Shown: piece by piece, positions 1 to 11,052 of the stretch
Numbering within the stretch: the stretch's first letter is position 1
How the letters are laid out: each line of letters opens with the position of its first letter
Origin: an uncultured cyanobacterium
GTDB taxonomy: Bacteria; Cyanobacteriota; Cyanobacteriia; Cyanobacteriales; Cyanobacteriaceae
Direction of reading: 5' to 3'
Length of the DNA stretch: 64,000 bases
Assembly: GCA_963710605.1 (NCBI GenBank)
Contig: CAVQBA010000004.1
Location: 576,001-640,000 of the forward strand
The notes under the pieces: generated by a model
Database searches by the model: none
What the model saw: only the letters and a program-made list of their open reading frames with translations
What the model was told of the DNA's origin: nothing
Translations under genes and position numbers: made by a program

Positions 1-2
1 AT

Positions 3-605
3 GTCACGATCGATCGAAGTAGTATCAAAGCACCTTTTAACGGTATCGTTGCCGAACGTTTTTTAGATGAAGGTACAGTAGTCAATACAGCACAATCAGT
101 CATTCGTTTGTTAGAAAATACCACCCCTGAAGCGAGAATTGGCATACCTAGCAATACAATCCAACAATTACGAGTCGGAAGTTATCGTGACTTAAAAATT
201 GGCGATCGAATCTATCGAGGACAAATCACATCTATCTTACCTGAGATCGATACCGATACACGAACTCAAATAGTTGTTTTTCAGTTAGAACGATCGGCGA
301 TTACTCAAATTAACCCCAATCAAATAGTAACCCTAAATTTGAGCCAAAGTATTCCGACAGATGGTTATTGGTTGCCAATGACGGCATTAACTCAAGGTAT
401 TAAAGGTTTATGGAGTTGTTATGTAGTGATTCAAGAACAAGAAGGAGAAGATTTATATAGAGTTGAGCAAAAAGCAGTAGAAGTTATTAATCAAGAAAAC
501 GATCGAGTTTTTGTCAGAGGTACATTGCGATCGGGTGATTTGGTTGTTACTGATGGGATTCATCGTCTCGTACCAAAACAAGTTGTTCGCATTATTGACA
601 ATTGA
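3..605 (+). CDS. RND efflux periplasmic adaptor (membrane fusion protein), 5'-truncated by window edge
   Basis: Frame is open from base 3 (VTIDRSSIKAPFNGIVAERFLDEG, HlyD-like motif) into the 108..605 ORF; lies upstream of an RND permease. Confidence 0.85.
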   Translation, partial: VTIDRSSIKAPFNGIVAERFLDEGTVVNTAQSVIRLLENTTPEARIGIPSNTIQQLRVGSYRDLKIGDRIYRGQITSILPEIDTDTRTQIVVFQLERSAITQINPNQIVTLNLSQSIPTDGYWLPMTALTQGIKGLWSCYVVIQEQEGEDLYRVEQKAVEVINQENDRVFVRGTLRSGDLVVTDGIHRLVPKQVVRIIDN

Positions 606-651
606 CAATTATCTACTTTATCTAAAAATGAAACTTATATAGCTTTGCGTA

Positions 652-824
652 AAATAATTTTTAGACAACCGCAGAAAGCACGCGGAGTACGCAGAGAGGT
701 TGACTAGTTTTGAGGAAAAAATTTTGAGAGAGAGGTACACAGGAGTTAGCTAGCTTTAAGGATGAAATTTTGGGGGGACAGAGAGAAAGAGAGTATTTGT
801 TCGAGATTATTCGAGCGCTTTTTG
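652..824 (-). repeat. ~170-bp dispersed repeat, copy 1 (inverted relative to 4241..4413)
   Basis: Reverse complement aligns with 4241..4413 (shared AACTCCTGTGTACCTCTCTCTCAAAAT and CTCTGCGTACTC blocks). Confidence 0.85.
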
Positions 825-879
825 CTATTTTATTTATTTTTTGAACAATATTAAAAACTAATTTACAAAGCATATTTAA

Positions 880-928
880 TTATTCATTATTCATTATTCA
901 TTATTCATTATTCATTATTCATTATTCA
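880..928 (+). repeat. Heptamer tandem repeat (TTATTCA)x7, STRR-like
   Basis: Read directly; ends 2 nt before the RND permease ATG. Confidence 0.95.
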
Positions 929-930
929 TT

Positions 931-3900
931 ATGATTAAGGCATTCTACGAAAACAGTCGGCTTTTGATTATCACGATCGTCCTCATTATCGCCTGGGGAA
1001 TAGCTTCATTCACCGCTTTACCCAGACAAGAAGATCCTACCCTCGTGGCTCGTGTTGCGGTAGTTAATACACCATTTCCAGGGGCAAACGCTCAACGAGT
1101 CGAGGCGTTAGTCACAGAAATATTAGAAGCCGAAATTAGAGAAATTGAAGAAATTGATACTCTCGAATCGGACTCTAGGATCGGTTTTTCTAGTATTTCG
1201 ATCGAATTATTAGATACAGTAAAAGACGCTCAACCAATTTGGGCTCAAGTTAGAGATAAACTAGAATCTGCTTCTGCTTTTTTACCGACTTCTGCAGGTA
1301 CACCAGAACTAATAGAATCGAAAGTGAAAGCCTATACAACGATCGTTTCTTTGACGTGGAATTTAGAAGGCGAACCGAATTATGCGATTTTAAAAAGGTA
1401 TGCCGAACAGTTACAATTGATGGCGAGAGGATTAGCAGGTACAGAAGAAGTCGATCTATTTGGCGATCCTGATGAAGAAATTACAGTTGAAATTAGTAGT
1501 AGCGATTTAAGCTCAGTTGGGCTTTCGGTGGCAGATTTAGCTCAACAAATCGATTTAAGTGATGCTAAAGTCTCCGCAGGACAATATCGTAACGCTCGAT
1601 CGAATATTGCCATTGAAGTAGATAGCGAATTAGATAGTCTCGAAAAAATTAGACAAATACCAATTCAAAATACAACCACTCAATTTACCCGTCTAAGTGA
1701 CATCGCTACAGTAAATCGTGGTATTAGATTACCGCCAACAGACTTAGCTTTAGTTAAGGGTAAACCTGCTGTAGTGGTAGGAATTTTGATGAAAGCAGAT
1801 ATTAGAATTGACAAATGGGCTCAAAAAGTTACTGAAATATTAAATCAATTAGAGACAACTTTACCCGAAGGTATTAGTTTAGATGTAATTTTCGACCAAA
1901 GTAGTTATGTTGCCGATCGTATTGATAGTTTAATCGAAAATTTGATTTTAGGTGCAATATTCGTCGGCGGAGTTACCTTTGTTTTCATGGGTTGGAAATC
2001 GGCGTTAATTGTCTCGATCGCTTTACCTTTAAGTACTTTTATGGTATTAGGAGGACTTAGTTTTGCTGGGATTCCGATTCACCAAATGTCAGTGACGGGA
2101 TTAATTATTGCATTGGGTTTATTGATTGATAATGCCATTATCGTTGTTGATGAAGTTACAACCGAAATTTCATCGGGGCATAAACCTGTAGATGCAGTCG
2201 TGGATACGGTTAATTATCTTAAAGTACCTTTACTTGCTTCTACTATTACTACTGTGGCGACTTTTTTACCGATCGCATTGTTACCCGGTAGTGCGGGAGA
2301 ATTTGTCGGCTCGATCGCTGTTAGTGTCATTATGGCGTTGATTGCTTCTTTTATTATTTCTTTGACGGTGATAGCAGGTTTAGCAGGAAGAATCAATAGC
2401 GTTGGTAATACTGTTAAGCAACGACAGTTTTCTTCTTCTCAGGAGGATGATAATCGTGAAGCAAATTCATCATCTGAAAATGATAACTACCAGCAAACCT
2501 TACCTCCTCCTAAAAAAAGATGGTGGAATCGAGGTTTTTCTTTTCCTTTATTAACTAAAGCCTATCGTTTATCCTTGCAAAAATCTTTACGTTATCCATT
2601 GTTATCGATCGCTTTTAGTTTTATTATTCCCCTGATTGGTTTTATCAATGCCCAACATTTAGCAAATCAGTTTTTTCCTTCCCTAGCAAGAGATCAATTT
2701 CAGATAGAAGTTGAATTTTCCGCCACTACAGCGATCGCTCAAACTGAAGCTAAAATATTACAAGCTAGACAAATAATCATCGAACATCCAGAGATAAAAG
2801 ACGTACATTGGTTTTTAGGTGAAAGTGCACCCAAGTTTTATTACAACTTCGTTGGTAGTCGTCGCAACCAAGCCTATTACGCTCAGGCAATGGTACAACT
2901 GAATACCAATAGTGAAGTAGCTGAAATTATTCAACAATTACAAGCAGAATTAGACGAGCAATTTCCTTCAGCCAGAGTTTTAGTACGACAATTACAACAA
3001 GGGCCACCTTACGAATCACCTGTAGAGATCAGAATTTTTGGCTCTAATATCGATGTACTAAGAGAATTGGGTATTGAAGCCAGAAGAATACTTACTACCC
3101 TACCCGACGTACTTCATGTGCGTGATGATTTAACCGAAGTTTCCGTCAAGTTAGGTTTCCAAGTAGATGCAGAACAAATAAAACAAGTTGGTTTAACGAA
3201 TGCAACGATCGCTCAACAGTTACAATCGTACCTTGAAGGAGCGACAGGAGGCTCAATTTTAGAATCAACTGAAAATTTACCGATTAGAGTAAGAGTAGAA
3301 AACGATCGAAGAGGGGATATAGATGATATTGCTTCTTTAAATTTAGTCAGTAACAACAACCAAAATAATGATTTTCTTTCTACCTCAGCTTTAGGTGAAT
3401 TTGAGCTTTTACCTCAGTTAGCATTAATCGCTCGTTACAACGAGCAAAGAGTTAATACGGTACAGGCTTATATCAAAGCAGGTGTGTTACCTTCGGTGGT
3501 ACAAAATAGGTTAGAAGAAGCCTTAGTCGAAAATAACTTTCAATTACCTTTAGGTTATCGTTACGAATTTGGTGGTGAAAAAGAACAAAGCGGTGAAGCT
3601 CAAGGAAATCTAGCAATTTATGTACCTTTGCTGGTAATGGTAATGATGGCGGCGTTAGTACTTTCTTTGGGCTCTTTTCGTCAATTTTTAATTGTTGTTG
3701 GTGTTGCGATTGGTTGTGTGGGGGCGGCACTTTTTTCTTTAAGAATATCTAATTCTCCTTTAGGATTTATGGCGATCGTCGGTACAATGGGTTTAGTTGG
3801 AATTGCCATCAACGATACTGTGATGGTTTTATCTGCTTTAAATGAAAATCCTTTAGCAAAACAAGGCGATCAAAAAGTAATTTCAGAAATAGTCTTAAAA

Positions 3901-4086
3901 TCAACTCGTCATGTCTTGACAACTACAGTAACAACGATCGCGGGTTTTGTGCCTTTGCTTCTAAGTGGCGATCCATTTTGGCAACCTCTATCGTTTGCTA
4001 TCTCTGGTGGTATAAGCGTTTCATCTTTACTAGCTTTATATTTTGTCCCTGCTGTTTATAGTATGGTTTATCGAAGTAGAAAATAA
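931..4086 (+). CDS. RND efflux transporter permease (AcrB/AcrD/AcrF family)
   Basis: 1051 aa, two hydrophobic TM blocks, GLLIDNAIIVV and GIAIND motifs. Confidence 0.95.
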   Translation: MIKAFYENSRLLIITIVLIIAWGIASFTALPRQEDPTLVARVAVVNTPFPGANAQRVEALVTEILEAEIREIEEIDTLESDSRIGFSSISIELLDTVKDAQPIWAQVRDKLESASAFLPTSAGTPELIESKVKAYTTIVSLTWNLEGEPNYAILKRYAEQLQLMARGLAGTEEVDLFGDPDEEITVEISSSDLSSVGLSVADLAQQIDLSDAKVSAGQYRNARSNIAIEVDSELDSLEKIRQIPIQNTTTQFTRLSDIATVNRGIRLPPTDLALVKGKPAVVVGILMKADIRIDKWAQKVTEILNQLETTLPEGISLDVIFDQSSYVADRIDSLIENLILGAIFVGGVTFVFMGWKSALIVSIALPLSTFMVLGGLSFAGIPIHQMSVTGLIIALGLLIDNAIIVVDEVTTEISSGHKPVDAVVDTVNYLKVPLLASTITTVATFLPIALLPGSAGEFVGSIAVSVIMALIASFIISLTVIAGLAGRINSVGNTVKQRQFSSSQEDDNREANSSSENDNYQQTLPPPKKRWWNRGFSFPLLTKAYRLSLQKSLRYPLLSIAFSFIIPLIGFINAQHLANQFFPSLARDQFQIEVEFSATTAIAQTEAKILQARQIIIEHPEIKDVHWFLGESAPKFYYNFVGSRRNQAYYAQAMVQLNTNSEVAEIIQQLQAELDEQFPSARVLVRQLQQGPPYESPVEIRIFGSNIDVLRELGIEARRILTTLPDVLHVRDDLTEVSVKLGFQVDAEQIKQVGLTNATIAQQLQSYLEGATGGSILESTENLPIRVRVENDRRGDIDDIASLNLVSNNNQNNDFLSTSALGEFELLPQLALIARYNEQRVNTVQAYIKAGVLPSVVQNRLEEALVENNFQLPLGYRYEFGGEKEQSGEAQGNLAIYVPLLVMVMMAALVLSLGSFRQFLIVVGVAIGCVGAALFSLRISNSPLGFMAIVGTMGLVGIAINDTVMVLSALNENPLAKQGDQKVISEIVLKSTRHVLTTTVTTIAGFVPLLLSGDPFWQPLSFAISGGISVSSLLALYFVPAVYSMVYRSRK

Positions 4087-4149
4087 CTAGTACTTGTTTA
4101 AATTAAGTTTTAGACAGTATAAATAACAGTTAAAAAAAGCATAAAACTC

Positions 4150-4200
4150 GCCTTGCAATAAATTGACAAGGCTAACAGAGTACGTTTAATAAATTAAACT
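4150..4200 (+). repeat. Hairpin-containing dispersed repeat GCCTTGCAATAAATT(G)ACAAGGC...CGTTTAATAAATTAAACT
   Basis: Related copies at 6689..6726 (-), 9131..9236 and 13169..13221. Confidence 0.75.
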
Positions 4201-4240
4201 CTATCTATCTTTTTGTTTTTTGCATTTGATATTACAACCT

Positions 4241-4413
4241 CAAAAATCGATCGAATAATCTCTAACAAAGACTCTCTTTCTTCCTCTTTCCCTCCAAAAA
4301 TTGTAACCTCAAAGCCAGTCAACTCCTGTGTACCTCTCTCTCAAAATGTTATCCTCAAAACTAATCAACCCCTCTGCGTACTCTGCGTACTCTGCGGTTA
4401 TCATAATTATTTC
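4241..4413 (+). repeat. ~170-bp dispersed repeat, copy 2
   Basis: Inverted homolog of 652..824. Confidence 0.85.
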
Positions 4414-4444
4414 AATTAAGTTCCAAACAAAAGTAAAATGTCTA

Positions 4445-4473
4445 GTAGGGACGTAGCAGTGCTACGTCCCTAC
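4445..4473. repeat. GTAG-type REP palindrome GTAGGGACGTAGCAGTGCTACGTCCCTAC
   Basis: Perfect 14-bp inverted arms; near-identical copy at 19329..19357. Confidence 0.85.
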
Positions 4474-4512
4474 ATCATCATAAATTTTATTAATTCAAAG
4501 AGTCAATATTTA

Positions 4513-4797
4513 ATGGATAAAAAAACTACAGGTGCGGATGCAGTAGATAAAGCGATCGCTCAAGGATTAGATTTAGACGGTAGTAAAATACCTGAGAATA
4601 AATTGTCATTATATAACCAAGTAATGGGATTAGAAGGTAACAGACAACGTAGCGGTGTTACAAATACAATGCGATCGCGTATCGTCCGTATCGGGGCAAA
4701 ACATATCGCTCAAGATGAATTAAACCAAATGTTAACTGATGCAGATTTCCCTCCATTAAAAGATAAAGAAATCGCTTTTTATTACCAAAAAAAATAA
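4513..4797 (+). CDS. Conserved cyanobacterial small protein (DUF4090-like)
   Basis: TTGADAVDKAIAQGLDLDGS motif; ATG at 4513 preferred because the upstream extension runs through a REP. Confidence 0.7.
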   Translation: MDKKTTGADAVDKAIAQGLDLDGSKIPENKLSLYNQVMGLEGNRQRSGVTNTMRSRIVRIGAKHIAQDELNQMLTDADFPPLKDKEIAFYYQKK

Positions 4798-4962
4798 AAT
4801 TAAGCCAAATTTTACCAAACTAAAATCAAGATAAGTATATAATTATTAATTATTAATTATCAATTATTAATTACTACCCTACATTCTTGATTTTTTTCGT
4901 TTATCATAGTAACAACCCTCGAATATTTAGTCCAAGTATAAATATATTAAAAAACGAAAGAT

Positions 4963-6564
4963 ATGAGTGAAGCCTCAGACAGAATTATTATCTTTGATAC
5001 CACCTTAAGAGATGGCGAACAGTCTCCTGGTGCGAGTTTGAATGTAGAAGAAAAATTAACGATCGCTCGTGCGTTAGCTAAATTAGGAGTAGATGTTATT
5101 GAAGCTGGTTTTCCCCACGCTAGTTTAGGCGATTTTAATGCAGTTCAACGTATTGCTGGTACTGTAGGTACTGAAAATGGTCCTACTATCTGTGGTTTAG
5201 CCAGAGCAACAAAACTCGATATCAAAAGTGCTGGAGAGGCTTTACAACCTGCTGTCAATCGTCGTATTCATACTTTTATCGCTACATCTGATATTCATTT
5301 AGAATACAAACTTAAAAAAAGTCGGGCAGATATACTCAAAATTGTGCCTGATATGGTGGCTTATGCTAAAACTTTTACTGATGATGTAGAGTTTTCCCCT
5401 GAAGATGCGGGAAGAAGCGATCCAGAATTTCTTTATCAAGTACTAGAGAGTGCGATCGATGCAGGGGCGACTACTGTTAATATTCCTGATACAGTTGGTT
5501 ATACTACTCCTAGCGAATATGGAGCAATTATTAAGGGAATTAAAGAGAATGTACCTAATATAGATAATGCAATTATTTCTGTTCATGGACATAATGACCT
5601 CGGTTTAGCTGTCGCAAACTTCCTAGAAGCCGTCAAAAATGGTGCCAGACAACTAGAATGTACCATTAACGGTATTGGTGAACGTGCTGGGAATGCGGCG
5701 TTAGAAGAATTAGTGATGGCTCTTCATGTTCGTCGTCAATATTTTAATTCCTTTTTGGGCAGACCAAGCGAATCGACTGAATCGTTAACAAATATTAATA
5801 CCAAACATCTTTACAAAACGTCCCGTTTAGTATCTAATTTGACGGGTATGTTAGTTCAACCAAATAAAGCGATCGTTGGTGCTAATGCTTTTGCTCATGA
5901 ATCTGGTATCCATCAAGATGGTGTTTTGAAAAACCGTCTTACCTACGAAATCATGGATGCAGAATCGATCGGTTTAACTACCAATCAAATTGTGTTAGGC
6001 AAACTTTCAGGGCGTAATGCTTTCGGTAGCCGTTTACAAGAATTAGGTTTCGAGCTATCTGATGACGATCTTAACAAAGCCTTTGTTCGTTTTAAAGAAG
6101 TAGCGGATAAAAAAAGAGAAATCACCGATTGGGATTTAGAAGCGATCGTTAATGATGAAATCCAACAACCTCCTGAATTATTCCGTTTGGAATTAGTACA
6201 GGTTTCTTGTGGCGACCATTCTTCGCCGACTGCTACTATTACCCTCAGAATGCCTGATGGTAAGGAATTGAGTGATGCGGCGATCGGTACAGGGCCAGTT
6301 GATGCGGTTTATAAAGCAATTAATCGAGTGGTTAAAATACCTAATCAACTCACTGAATATTCGGTCAAATCTGTCACCGCAGGTATTGATGCGATGGGAG
6401 AGGTAACTATTCGCCTTCAGCATGAGGGTAAAACTTATTCAGGTTACTCAGCTAATACCGATGTGATCGTCGCTTCTGCTCATGCTTATATCAGTGCTTT
6501 AAATCGTCTTTATGGTGCTTTGCAAAGCAGACAAGAAACACCTGATTTACTCACTAATGTTTAA
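4963..6564 (+). CDS. leuA: 2-isopropylmalate synthase
   Basis: [27 protein letters not shown] motifs plus C-terminal regulatory domain. Confidence 0.97.
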   Translation: MSEASDRIIIFDTTLRDGEQSPGASLNVEEKLTIARALAKLGVDVIEAGFPHASLGDFNAVQRIAGTVGTENGPTICGLARATKLDIKSAGEALQPAVNRRIHTFIATSDIHLEYKLKKSRADILKIVPDMVAYAKTFTDDVEFSPEDAGRSDPEFLYQVLESAIDAGATTVNIPDTVGYTTPSEYGAIIKGIKENVPNIDNAIISVHGHNDLGLAVANFLEAVKNGARQLECTINGIGERAGNAALEELVMALHVRRQYFNSFLGRPSESTESLTNINTKHLYKTSRLVSNLTGMLVQPNKAIVGANAFAHESGIHQDGVLKNRLTYEIMDAESIGLTTNQIVLGKLSGRNAFGSRLQELGFELSDDDLNKAFVRFKEVADKKREITDWDLEAIVNDEIQQPPELFRLELVQVSCGDHSSPTATITLRMPDGKELSDAAIGTGPVDAVYKAINRVVKIPNQLTEYSVKSVTAGIDAMGEVTIRLQHEGKTYSGYSANTDVIVASAHAYISALNRLYGALQSRQETPDLLTNV

Positions 6565-6808
6565 TTACACTGTCTAAATCAGGATTAAGAGGATTGTCAG
6601 ATTTACAGGATTGTTTTTTATTAGAACGATCGATCGGGATTATTTATCTGTAGATGATAATAAAACAGTATCTTATTTTTAATTTGATAGTTTAATTTAT
6701 TAAACGAATACTATTAGCCTTGTAATGATAATTCAAGGCGATTTTTATCCTCGCATTTTAGATATTCTTATTACTGTCTCAATTTCTATTAAATTAACTT
6801 TGAAATAC

Positions 6809-7609
6809 TTATCGAGAAATAATACCCGACCATTGATTTTTTTTCTCGTGACTACGACGGTAAGAAAAGAAATGTTCGGGTGTTTGATAAGTACAATAAG
6901 GTGCGATCGCTATTTGCTCGCTAGATATTCCTTGTTGTTGTATTTGTAGATTAATAGTTTGAGTCACATCTAAACGATATTTACCTTCTTCATTATCAGC
7001 TAAAAGCACTGAAGAGGGTAGTTTTATTGCTTGAGTAATAATTTGCTTGTCGGTCATATTTTCACTATCAGCAATTACTGTTTGAACGACTTTTATGGCT
7101 ACATCCTCTTTTACTTGATAGACTTTTCCTTCAATAGCTGGTCCTAGGGCAAATAATAAGTTATCTTTATTACTACCTTGGGATAAAAATAAAGCGATCG
7201 CTTTAGCTACAATCTGACTTGCTGTGCCACGCCAACCCGAATGTATAGCCGCTACTTTTCCTGTAACTCGATCGGCTATTAATACTGGTGTACAATCAGC
7301 ACTAGCTGACCAAACTGATTGCAAAGGTTTACTAGTAATAATGCCATCGCCTTGTAATAATTCAGATTGAGATTGAAGTGATGTTTGTTGATCTATTTTA
7401 TCGGTAGAATGGACAATAGAGCTATGGATTTGTTTAAGTCGATAAACTTGAGCGTCAGGATTGAGATAGGCAATCAAATCAACAGGAGATTGCTGAGGAA
7501 AATGATTAGAAAAAAAGCCATGTTGCCAATCAGCTAATAGTTGACAAGTTAGATAACTACCATTTTCAGTTTCTTGCCACTGCCATTGGTTATAGCGATT
7601 CGCATTCAT
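6809..7609 (-). CDS. pgeF: Peptidoglycan editing factor PgeF / YfiH family
   Basis: QIHS, ADCTPV, HSGWRG, FFSYRR motifs. Confidence 0.9.
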   Translation of the reverse strand: MNANRYNQWQWQETENGSYLTCQLLADWQHGFFSNHFPQQSPVDLIAYLNPDAQVYRLKQIHSSIVHSTDKIDQQTSLQSQSELLQGDGIITSKPLQSVWSASADCTPVLIADRVTGKVAAIHSGWRGTASQIVAKAIALFLSQGSNKDNLLFALGPAIEGKVYQVKEDVAIKVVQTVIADSENMTDKQIITQAIKLPSSVLLADNEEGKYRLDVTQTINLQIQQQGISSEQIAIAPYCTYQTPEHFFSYRRSHEKKNQWSGIISR

Positions 7610-7715
7610 AAAAGAAGTTTAAATTATCAATCATTGTAATTAATTATATCGATCGTAATTACTAATTGACAATTGATAAAATATATACCAATTATTCGTG
7701 TTATGAAGTACTTGC

Positions 7716-7778
7716 TCGATCGATCGAGTAGTAATAGCTTCTAGCTATTTTCTTCTTTTTGAGAATGAAACAGCCCTG
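7716..7778 (+). mobile_element. Right-end fragment of the MITE at 38115..38327
   Basis: GTAGTAATAGCTTCTAGCTATTT...GAATGAAACAGCCCTG shared with 38221..38325. Confidence 0.75.
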
Positions 7779-7837
7779 CCAACTTAGGGGGAGAATAAAA
7801 TGGGAAACTTGTAAATATAAACTGTACGTCAAAAGCG

Positions 7838-8938
7838 ATGAGAAACACTATAGATAAAAAAATGTTAGAAATACAAAAATTTTTAAACAATAATTCCTTG
7901 GAAGAATTACAAGAAAAATATGCGATCAAAATAACCAGACATCAACAATATCCTCATTTAGTTTGTTTAAAATATTGTCAGCTTAATAGCCCAATGAAAG
8001 AAAGAGTTGTGCAACAATGTAGAGGAATAATTTTAGATGAAAATAACAATTGGCAAGTAGTATCTTATCCTTACGATAAATTCTTTAACTATGATAGTCA
8101 TTTAGCACCCAAATTAGATTGGCAGACAACTAATGTTTATGACAAATTAGACGGTAGTTTGGTTATTTTATATCATTATGATGGAGCATGGCACGTGCAA
8201 TCTAGTGGTATGGCTGATGCGATGGGCACAATTCAAAACACTGATTTAACTATTAAAGATTTATTTTGGTCAGTATTCGATAATTTAGATTACCAAAAAC
8301 CAGCAGAAACTAATTATTGTTTTATGTTTGAATTAGTTAGCCCTTATCTTAGGGTAATTGTTGACTACCAAAAAGATGATTTGCTTTTACACGGTGTTAG
8401 AAATTTAGATACTTTTAAAGAAGAAAAACCAGATCAATGGGCAAAAAAATATAATTGGCATTGTATTAAAACATATCCTTTTTCTGAATTATTAGATGTT
8501 TTAAAAACGACAAAAACTATTAATGGTTTGGAATTAGAAGGTTTTGTTGCTGTTGATGCCAAATTCGATCGAGTTAAAATTAAAGCACCTAATTATGTTC
8601 GTTTACATCACCTCAAAGGAGAATTTAGTAATAGAAGGTTAATCGAAATAGTTATTAACAATGAGGGTGATGAATTTCTCAATTATTTACCTGAATACAA
8701 AGAAGATTACCAGAAAATATACGCTACTTATTGTCAATTACTTGAAGAAATAAATACTAATTTTGAACAATATAAACAGATAGAAGAGCAAAAAGAATTT
8801 GCTTTGAAGGTTGGTAAACTACCTTATTCGGGTATCTTGTTTCAGCTAAGAGCGAATAAAAGCAATAAGACAATAAAAGAGTATTTACAAGAGACTCATT
8901 TGAATAAGTTAATGAAATTGTTTAAATTAAAAGATTAA
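7838..8938 (+). CDS. T4 Rnl1 (RnlA)-family ATP-dependent RNA ligase
   Basis: YPYDKFFN, motif I KLDGS, FELVSP, motif IV EGFV, motif V RVKIK. Confidence 0.85.
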   Translation: MRNTIDKKMLEIQKFLNNNSLEELQEKYAIKITRHQQYPHLVCLKYCQLNSPMKERVVQQCRGIILDENNNWQVVSYPYDKFFNYDSHLAPKLDWQTTNVYDKLDGSLVILYHYDGAWHVQSSGMADAMGTIQNTDLTIKDLFWSVFDNLDYQKPAETNYCFMFELVSPYLRVIVDYQKDDLLLHGVRNLDTFKEEKPDQWAKKYNWHCIKTYPFSELLDVLKTTKTINGLELEGFVAVDAKFDRVKIKAPNYVRLHHLKGEFSNRRLIEIVINNEGDEFLNYLPEYKEDYQKIYATYCQLLEEINTNFEQYKQIEEQKEFALKVGKLPYSGILFQLRANKSNKTIKEYLQETHLNKLMKLFKLKD

Positions 8939-8986
8939 TTCAGATATTATAGCAGTTAATAAGGAAAGTTTATACGATCAATCGAT

Positions 8987-9016
8987 CCCCCCTTAGTCCC
9001 CCCTTAGTAAAGGGGG
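8987..9016. repeat. CCCCCTT-N-AAGGGGG hairpin repeat family
   Basis: Similar hairpins at 15638..15666, 15826..15853 and 21634..21707. Confidence 0.7.
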
Positions 9017-9318
9017 AAAGAGACGTTAATTGCTGTCATTATTTGTGAATAAGAAGGGTGTAAGCTTTCACTGGTGTCAATTGAAGAAATCAAATGGTTA
9101 AGTTATAACTTAAAGTTGCCTTTAATTATCATTGCAAGGCTAACATAATTCGTTCATGATTCATAAACTTTAATCGAGAAACTTATGAGTTTAATTTATT
9201 AAACGGATTTATTTAGCCATGAATGGCAATTCATGGTGTTGCCAGAGTCTTTATTCCACCTTAATTTAGTCTTAAGTTGACGCGAATGGTGAGCCTTACA
9301 GCCCTACAGTTAAAATAT

Positions 9319-10131
9319 TTAATCAATTATTTGGCTGATAATTTTCTCAACTGCTAAACTCCATCCTTTACTGCCACTAGCTTGAGCAATACGCCAATTT
9401 TTATGTTGTAATCCTTGATGGACACCTTTTTTGCCGGGAACAACGATCGCTATATCAACATTTTCTAGTAAACTTATATCGTTAGGGGTATTCCCTAAAC
9501 CGATCGTAATCGTTTTTTTTCTTTTAAGTTTATAGTTGTTTAACAGCCATTTAACCGCATTACCTTTACCTGAATTTTGACTAATCAGATGAGAAAAACG
9601 ATCGCCCACTACAACAGTACAATTATAAAGTGAAGCGGTTTGTAATAATAATTTTGCTGGAATATTTTTAGGGGTTAAAAAAGGTTCGCTAAAATCTCTT
9701 TGTTTTGCCCTTTCTCCTTCAGTAACGGATAAGCCTGTTAATTGACAAATTTCTTTGACTGATAAATCACCAAAACCAATCAAATTAGTTTGTAAAGTTG
9801 CACTCATTTGTTGCAAAACGATTCGAGCGGATTCATAATTAAAACCTAATAGATGATAATAATAACGATTGTCTTCAGTGGTCATCAACGGTAGATTAAA
9901 ACGATCTTCATTTTTGCTCATAAAAATAGCACTACCATTTTCGGTGATGAATGGATCATTTAAACCAATTTCTGAGCAGATAGAAGCTACTTCGGCTTGG
10001 GTTTTACTGGTAACAGGAATAATTGGTATTTGAGCAGATTGTAATTTATGAATTGTTGGCAAAGCCTCGTCGTAAAGATAATCATCCTGATTGAGTAAAG
10101 TACCATCCAAATCTGTAAAAATTAAAACCAT
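9319..10131 (-). CDS. HAD-IIB phosphatase (mannosyl/glucosyl-3-phosphoglycerate phosphatase-like)
   Basis: FTDLDGTLL, TSKT, ENGS, REFSEP-like RDFSEPF, GNTPND. Confidence 0.8.
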   Translation of the reverse strand: MVLIFTDLDGTLLNQDDYLYDEALPTIHKLQSAQIPIIPVTSKTQAEVASICSEIGLNDPFITENGSAIFMSKNEDRFNLPLMTTEDNRYYYHLLGFNYESARIVLQQMSATLQTNLIGFGDLSVKEICQLTGLSVTEGERAKQRDFSEPFLTPKNIPAKLLLQTASLYNCTVVVGDRFSHLISQNSGKGNAVKWLLNNYKLKRKKTITIGLGNTPNDISLLENVDIAIVVPGKKGVHQGLQHKNWRIAQASGSKGWSLAVEKIISQIID

Positions 10132-10463
10132 AATGAATGTAAAAAGAGAAATTAGATGGGAAATAATTGCTTCGTCAATAGGTTTGATCGTTTACTGCCA
10201 AAATCGATCGTTAATTATTTATTTCATTATTATATATTTACCTTAATCAGTAATTATCTTTTTTACTAACTAGAAAAAAACCCTATCATCAGCCTTAAGC
10301 ATCTTGAAACGAGTAATGATAGTTTTTAAATATGAATCTGCCCATAATTTACGAACATTAAAAATTGAAAGCGATCGAAAAGATTGCTATAGAGCAAAAC
10401 TAATGCTAAAGATTATTAAAACTCACAAAAGTCATGCTCTAGCAAAATAACCACAGTGGTTCA

Positions 10464-10949
10464 TTATCCTTCTATTTTTTGTCCTTCAATTTGTTGTGTT
10501 TCGATTTGTTGTACTTCAACTTGTCGTGGTTCGATTTGTGGTACTTTAATTTGTGGCACTTCTACTTCTTGTCTTTTCTCTTCTTGTAATTGTCTGCCAA
10601 AAGGAAACAAAGCGACGGGAATTAATTTAAAATGTTGTTTAGCAAAAGGAAGCCCAACTACGGTAATTGCCAAAATAGCACCATGTACTAAATGAGAAAG
10701 AGCAATTCCCCAACCGAATATAATTAACCACAAAGCGTTTAAAGTAGTATTAGTGAGATTACCCGCATCAGGTGTAACTACATTTTCTTTACCAAAAGGA
10801 GTCATGGTGGCAAGTCCGATTTTGATAGTTTGTACTCCAAAGGGAATACCAACAATGGTGGCACAAATACTTAAACCACCTGCGATGTAGCCTAAGCCAC
10901 TGAGAAAACCACCAAAGATAAACCAGATTACGTTACCTAAAAAAGCCAT
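10464..10949 (-). CDS. YccF-domain inner membrane protein
   Basis: GNVIWFIFGG, TIVGIPFG and a duplicated PFG motif. Confidence 0.85.
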   Translation of the reverse strand: MAFLGNVIWFIFGGFLSGLGYIAGGLSICATIVGIPFGVQTIKIGLATMTPFGKENVVTPDAGNLTNTTLNALWLIIFGWGIALSHLVHGAILAITVVGLPFAKQHFKLIPVALFPFGRQLQEEKRQEVEVPQIKVPQIEPRQVEVQQIETQQIEGQKIEG

Positions 10950-11052
10950 AATAAATAAATAATTAAATAATAAGTTTTAATTGTTTTAATCGTTTTGATA
11001 TTGAGAGGAAAAATCCTCCCATTATCTTGTTTAGTAAGAATAATTAAATAAT

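Noticed and set aside
661-873. 70-aa ORF and its look-alike at 4213..4419
   Set aside because: Their similarity comes from the shared non-coding repeat; no evidence of real genes
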